Shown here: positions 59,728 to 64,000 of the stretch, piece after piece
Position numbering within the stretch: position 1 is the stretch's first letter
Layout: each line of letters opens with the position of its first letter
Assembly (NCBI GenBank): GCA_018713015.1
Contig: DVFY01000018.1
Location: 39,576-103,575, forward strand
Source of the DNA: Candidatus Cryptobacteroides excrementigallinarum
GTDB lineage: Bacteria > Bacteroidota > Bacteroidia > Bacteroidales > UBA932
DNA length: 64,000 nt
Reading direction: 5' to 3'
Program-made: the position numbers and the translations under genes
The notes under the pieces: model-generated
Told to the model about the DNA's origin: nothing
The model's input: the letters and a program-made list of their open reading frames with translations, nothing else
The model's database searches: none

Positions 59728-60843
59728 ATGAACAAGATTTTTGAAAAAGGAGGCAAGCTGCACTGGCTGCACTCTACCGTGGACGCTTTTGAGACCTTTC
59801 TCCGCGTTCCCGGTACCGTGACCCGCAAGGGTTCCCATGTGCGCGATGCGATTGACCTCAAGAGAATTCTCATAATAGTGCTTATCGCCGCCGCTCCGGC
59901 AGCCCTGTTCGGAATGTGGAACGTGGGCTATCAGCACAGCCTCGCCATCGGCGACACCGGGATCAACATCCTCGGAAACTTCTGGTACGGCTTCCTCAAG
60001 GTGCTTCCCCTCTACATAGTATCCTACGTTGTGGGTCTCGGCATCGAGTTCGCCGCCTGCCAGATACGCGGTGAGGAGGTCAGCGAGGGATTCCTCGTAT
60101 CAGGCTTCTTCATCCCGCTCATCGTCCCCGTGGACATCCCGCTGTGGATGCTCGCGATTGCCGTAGCTTTCGCGGTAATCTTCGGCAAGGAAGTCTTCGG
60201 CGGCACCGGAATGAACATCTGGAACCCCGCGCTGCTCACGCGCGCCTTCCTGTTCTTCTCATACCCCAGCTACATGTCCGGCTCGGAGTGCTGGATAAGC
60301 TTCAGGAAGACCGATACCCTGGTTGACGGCTTCACCGGAGCCACTCCCCTCGCCCTCGACGGGGCTCCCGCCCAGTACGGTACAGGATTCTGGGATCTCT
60401 TCATCGGAACGGTTCCCGGCTCCGTGGGAGAGACTTCGGTAATCGCGATACTCATCGGTGCGGTCATCCTGATCTGGACCGGAGTCGCAAGCTGGAAAAT
60501 TATGGCAGGCACCGTCATCGGAGCCCTTGCGGTAGGATTCATCGGCGACATCGCCGGAATCAGCAAGTTCCCCTGCTACATGCAGCTCCTCTACGGAGGA
60601 TTCGCCTTCGGAGCAGTATTCATGGCGACGGATCCCGTCACCTCTGCCCAGACCGAATGCGGCAAGTGGATCTACGGTATCCTGATCGGTGCGCTCTGCC
60701 TCATGGTAAGGCTGTTCAACCCCGGATACGTCGAGGGAATGATGCTCGCAATCCTGCTGGCGAACACCTTCGCACCGCTCATCGACCATCTCGTGATCAG
60801 CTCACACCTTTCACGCAAGGCCAAGAAACTTAAAGCAGCGTAA
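59728..60843 (+). CDS. nqrB: Na+-NQR subunit B
   Basis: HVRDAIDLKR, KEVFGGTG, DGFTGATPL (FMN Thr), FMATDPV. Confidence 0.96.
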   Translation: MNKIFEKGGKLHWLHSTVDAFETFLRVPGTVTRKGSHVRDAIDLKRILIIVLIAAAPAALFGMWNVGYQHSLAIGDTGINILGNFWYGFLKVLPLYIVSYVVGLGIEFAACQIRGEEVSEGFLVSGFFIPLIVPVDIPLWMLAIAVAFAVIFGKEVFGGTGMNIWNPALLTRAFLFFSYPSYMSGSECWISFRKTDTLVDGFTGATPLALDGAPAQYGTGFWDLFIGTVPGSVGETSVIAILIGAVILIWTGVASWKIMAGTVIGALAVGFIGDIAGISKFPCYMQLLYGGFAFGAVFMATDPVTSAQTECGKWIYGILIGALCLMVRLFNPGYVEGMMLAILLANTFAPLIDHLVISSHLSRKAKKLKAA

Positions 60844-60846
60844 GCC

Positions 60847-61623
60847 ATGAATACGAACAGTAACTCATATACTATAATCTATACGGCTATAGTAGTCGTC
60901 ATAGTGGCTGCCGTGCTCGCTGTCGCCGCAATGGCCTTCAAGCCCATGCAGACAGCAAACATCAAGGCTGAGACCCTGTCCCAGATGATGGTGGCCGCCG
61001 GACTCGGCACAATGGACGAGTTCCAGGAGATAGGCAACGACAACGTGCTCGTGAGGTACTCCGAGAACATCGAGGAGGCCTTCACGGTCAACCTTGACGG
61101 CAGCAAGGTCGCAGACCTCAAGACCGACAAGGACAATATCGAACTCGTGGACAACTTCAAGCCCCAGGACGTAGCCATCAAGAACCAGGGAGACGCGACG
61201 CTTCCCGTCTACAGGTTCAAGTCCGGAGCTACGGTGATTCCCATCTACGGAGCCGGACTGTGGGGTCCCGTGTGGGGATACATAGCCCTTGACACGGACT
61301 ACAGCACCATCCTCGGAGTATACTTCGACCACAGCGGCGAGACCCCGGGACTCGGCTCGAAAATCAAGGACGACCCCGAATTCCAGGCCCAGTTCATCGG
61401 CAAGTCATTCGACCTCGACAATGCTGCCAACCCCTTCGACATCCTCAAGGGCGGAGCCACCGAGGGCAACGAGCATGCGGTTGACGCAATCAGCGGCTCG
61501 ACCATGACCTGCCGCGGACTTGATGCCGGAATGGACCTCTGGATAGGAGCTTATGTCAATTATCTCAAGGCCGCTGCAGCCGAAACTGCAAGCGCGGAGG
61601 CCTCAACAGTAACGGAGGAATAA
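60847..61623 (+). CDS. nqrC: Na+-NQR subunit C
   Basis: MNTNSNSYT, GAGLWGP, HSGETPGLG, VDAISGSTMT. Confidence 0.95.
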   Translation: MNTNSNSYTIIYTAIVVVIVAAVLAVAAMAFKPMQTANIKAETLSQMMVAAGLGTMDEFQEIGNDNVLVRYSENIEEAFTVNLDGSKVADLKTDKDNIELVDNFKPQDVAIKNQGDATLPVYRFKSGATVIPIYGAGLWGPVWGYIALDTDYSTILGVYFDHSGETPGLGSKIKDDPEFQAQFIGKSFDLDNAANPFDILKGGATEGNEHAVDAISGSTMTCRGLDAGMDLWIGAYVNYLKAAAAETASAEASTVTEE

Positions 61624-61626
61624 GCC

Positions 61627-62232
61627 ATGAACAGCAAACTGAAAGAAACAATCATAAATCCCATATTCAGGGACAACCCGATTGCCGTGCTGATTCTCGG
61701 TATCTGCTCTTCGCTTGCAGTTACCGTACAGCTCAACGGAGCCTGCGTGATGGCAATTTCGGTGACCATAGTGACAGGTTTGTCCAGTCTCGTATGCTCC
61801 ATCATCAGGAACACGATTCCCAACCGCGTGCGCATCATCGTGCAGCTCGTGGTGGTGGCAATGATGGTTAACCTCGTCGACCAGGTGCTGAAAGCCTACA
61901 TGTACCCCGTGGAGAAGCAGCTCTCGGTCTATATCGGACTCATCATCACCAACTGTATAGTGATGGGCCGCATCGAGGCTTTCGCCCTCGGCAACAAGCC
62001 CATCCCCTCGCTGCTTGACGGTCTCGCCAACGGCGTAGGATACGGTCTCATACTTGTAATAGTCGCCTTCTTCCGCGAGCTTCTCGGAAGCGGCACCCTC
62101 TTCGGAATGCAGGTCCTCCCTGCCGGATACGAGCCCAACGGACTCGTGATCCTGCCTCCTTTCGCGCTGATTCTCCTCGGCTGCGTAATCTGGGTGCACA
62201 GGGCGGTGTTCAAGGACCTTCAGGAAAAATAA
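61627..62232 (+). CDS. nqrD: Na+-NQR subunit D
   Basis: NPIAVLILGICSSLAVT, LIITNCIVMGRIEAFA. Confidence 0.96.
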   Translation: MNSKLKETIINPIFRDNPIAVLILGICSSLAVTVQLNGACVMAISVTIVTGLSSLVCSIIRNTIPNRVRIIVQLVVVAMMVNLVDQVLKAYMYPVEKQLSVYIGLIITNCIVMGRIEAFALGNKPIPSLLDGLANGVGYGLILVIVAFFRELLGSGTLFGMQVLPAGYEPNGLVILPPFALILLGCVIWVHRAVFKDLQEK

Positions 62233-62244
62233 CAGCGTAGCCCT

Positions 62245-62859
62245 ATGGAATATCTTAGTTTGTTCGTAAAGTCAATCTTCATTGACAACATGATATTCTC
62301 ATACTTCCTGGGTATGTGTTCATACCTGGCGGTATCGAAGAATGTCAAGACAGCCCATGGCCTCGGCCTCGCTGTGATTTTCGTGCTGGTTTTCACCCTG
62401 CCGATCAACTACCTGCTCAACAAGTACGTGCTGACCCCCGGAGCCCTCTCATGGCTCGGGCCCCAGTTCGCCGACGTTGACCTGAGCTTCCTCGCGCTTA
62501 TCATATTCATCGCCGTGGTGGCAGCGTTCACCCAGCTCGTCGAAATGATAGTCGAGAGGTTCCTGCCCAGCCTCTATTCCTCACTCGGAATCTTCCTGCC
62601 CCTTATTGCGGTCAACTGCGCGATTCTCGGCGGTTCGCTCTTCATGCAGCAGAGGGATTTCGTGAACTGCGGCGAGTCCATCGTATACGCGCTCGGTTCA
62701 GGTGTGGGCTGGTATCTCGCCATCGTCTGCCTTGCGGCAATCCGCGAGAAGATGAGCTACTGCAACGTTCCCAAGCCCCTCAAGGGCATAGGCGTGACCT
62801 TCATCACGGTCGGTCTGATGGGCCTTGCATTCATGATTTTCATGGGAATTCAACTTTAG
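62245..62859 (+). CDS. nqrE: Na+-NQR subunit E
   Basis: [24 protein letters not shown]. Confidence 0.96.
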   Translation: MEYLSLFVKSIFIDNMIFSYFLGMCSYLAVSKNVKTAHGLGLAVIFVLVFTLPINYLLNKYVLTPGALSWLGPQFADVDLSFLALIIFIAVVAAFTQLVEMIVERFLPSLYSSLGIFLPLIAVNCAILGGSLFMQQRDFVNCGESIVYALGSGVGWYLAIVCLAAIREKMSYCNVPKPLKGIGVTFITVGLMGLAFMIFMGIQL

Positions 62860-62874
62860 AAGGAGGAAAGAGAT

Positions 62875-64000
62875 ATGAGTGCAACAGTCATTTCAGCGAT
62901 AGCGATAATCCTGATTGTAACATTGCTCCTTGTGGTGGCGCTCCTTGTCGTCAAGGACGCCGTAACCCCCAAGGGCACCATCAAGATAGACATCAACAAC
63001 GGTAAGAAGGTTCTCGACGTGAACCCCGGCAACAGCCTGATGTCGACCCTCGCCAACGAGAAGATCTTCCTCCCCTCAGCCTGCGGCGGAAAGGCAAACT
63101 GCGGCCAGTGCAAGGTGCAGGTGTTCGAGGGCGGCGGAGAGATTCTCCCCACCGAGACCGGATTCTTCAACCGCAAGCAGATTAAGGAAGGCTGGCGTCT
63201 GGGATGCCAGGTCAAGGTGAAGAATGACCTCAAGATCCAGGTTGCCGAGTCCGCCCTGTCGGTCAAGAAGCTTGAATGCGAGGTCATCTCCAACAAGAAC
63301 GTGGCCACCTTCATCAAGGAGTTCGTGGTCAAGCTGCCCGAAGGCGAGCACCTCGAGTTCAAGAGCGGTGAGTACATCCAGATAGACATCCCCGAGTACC
63401 ACCTCAGCTTCAAGGATATCGAAGTCGAGCCCGAGTACAGGAAGGACTGGGACAGGTACGGATTCTTCAATCTCGAAGGAAACAACCCCGAACCTACCGT
63501 CAGGGCCTACTCCATGGCTTCCTATCCCGGCGAGAAGGGCATCATCAAGCTCAACGTACGTATCGCCACCCCTCCTTTCGACCGCAGCGTGCCGAAGGAG
63601 CAGGGCCCCAAGCTCCTGCCCGTGAACCCCGGCGTAGGTTCAACCTACGTGTTCACCCGCAAGCCCGGCGACAAGGTGATGATCAGCGGCCCTTACGGCG
63701 AGTTCCTGCTGCCTGAGAACGATCCCGACAACATCGAGTACATCTTCGTGGGCGGCGGCGCCGGAATGGCTCCTCTCCGCAGCCACATCATGCAGCTGTT
63801 CAAGACACTGAAGACCGGACGCAAGGTAAGCTTCTTCTACGGAGCCCGCGCCCTCGTGGAGGCTTTCTACCTCGAGGACTTCGCCGCGCTCGAGAAGGAG
63901 TTCCCGAACTTCAAGTTCCATCTCGCCCTCGACCGTCCCGACCCTGCGGCCGACGCCGCCGGCGTGAAGTACACTCCGGGATTCGTCCACAACGTGATGT
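62875..64000 (+). CDS. nqrF: Na+-NQR subunit F (partial, runs off the window)
   Basis: Translated from the ATG at 62875: LPSACGGKANCGQCK, RLGCQVKVK, NVATFIKE, RAYSMASYP, GGGAGMAPLRSH. Confidence 0.95.
   Translation, partial: MSATVISAIAIILIVTLLLVVALLVVKDAVTPKGTIKIDINNGKKVLDVNPGNSLMSTLANEKIFLPSACGGKANCGQCKVQVFEGGGEILPTETGFFNRKQIKEGWRLGCQVKVKNDLKIQVAESALSVKKLECEVISNKNVATFIKEFVVKLPEGEHLEFKSGEYIQIDIPEYHLSFKDIEVEPEYRKDWDRYGFFNLEGNNPEPTVRAYSMASYPGEKGIIKLNVRIATPPFDRSVPKEQGPKLLPVNPGVGSTYVFTRKPGDKVMISGPYGEFLLPENDPDNIEYIFVGGGAGMAPLRSHIMQLFKTLKTGRKVSFFYGARALVEAFYLEDFAALEKEFPNFKFHLALDRPDPAADAAGVKYTPGFVHNVM

Overview
GC-rich Bacteroidales chromosomal window (TAnnTTTG promoters, SusC/SusD pair, Bacteroidetes-type nqr operon). 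It is mostly housekeeping: nhaA, tRNA-Thr(CGT), SRP RNA, cdd, mnmA, tsaD, mtaB, tamB, recQ, pckA, recG, uvrD/pcrA and nqrA-F. The accessory blocks are a two-FabF/FabK/acyl-CoA ligase cluster beside the tRNA, an ECF sigma/anti-sigma-like/NigD operon, a LacI-regulated ribose-type PUL containing a lipoprotein ADP-ribosylglycohydrolase, and a hicAB toxin-antitoxin pair. The best candidate for an undescribed system is a tightly coupled four-gene minus-strand operon at 42570-49286. It encodes (i) a CASTOR/POLLUX(DMI1)-like 4-TM channel with two RCK-like domains and a C-terminal RyR-like region, (ii) a receptor-like TIR-TM-YD-repeat protein with atypical codon usage, (iii) a PrsW intramembrane protease and (iv) a stand-alone RyR-domain protein. 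REP-like palindromes occur intergenically and in frame inside mtaB and uvrD, and several genes appear to have near-leaderless transcripts. All calls come from reading motifs by eye; no searches were run.
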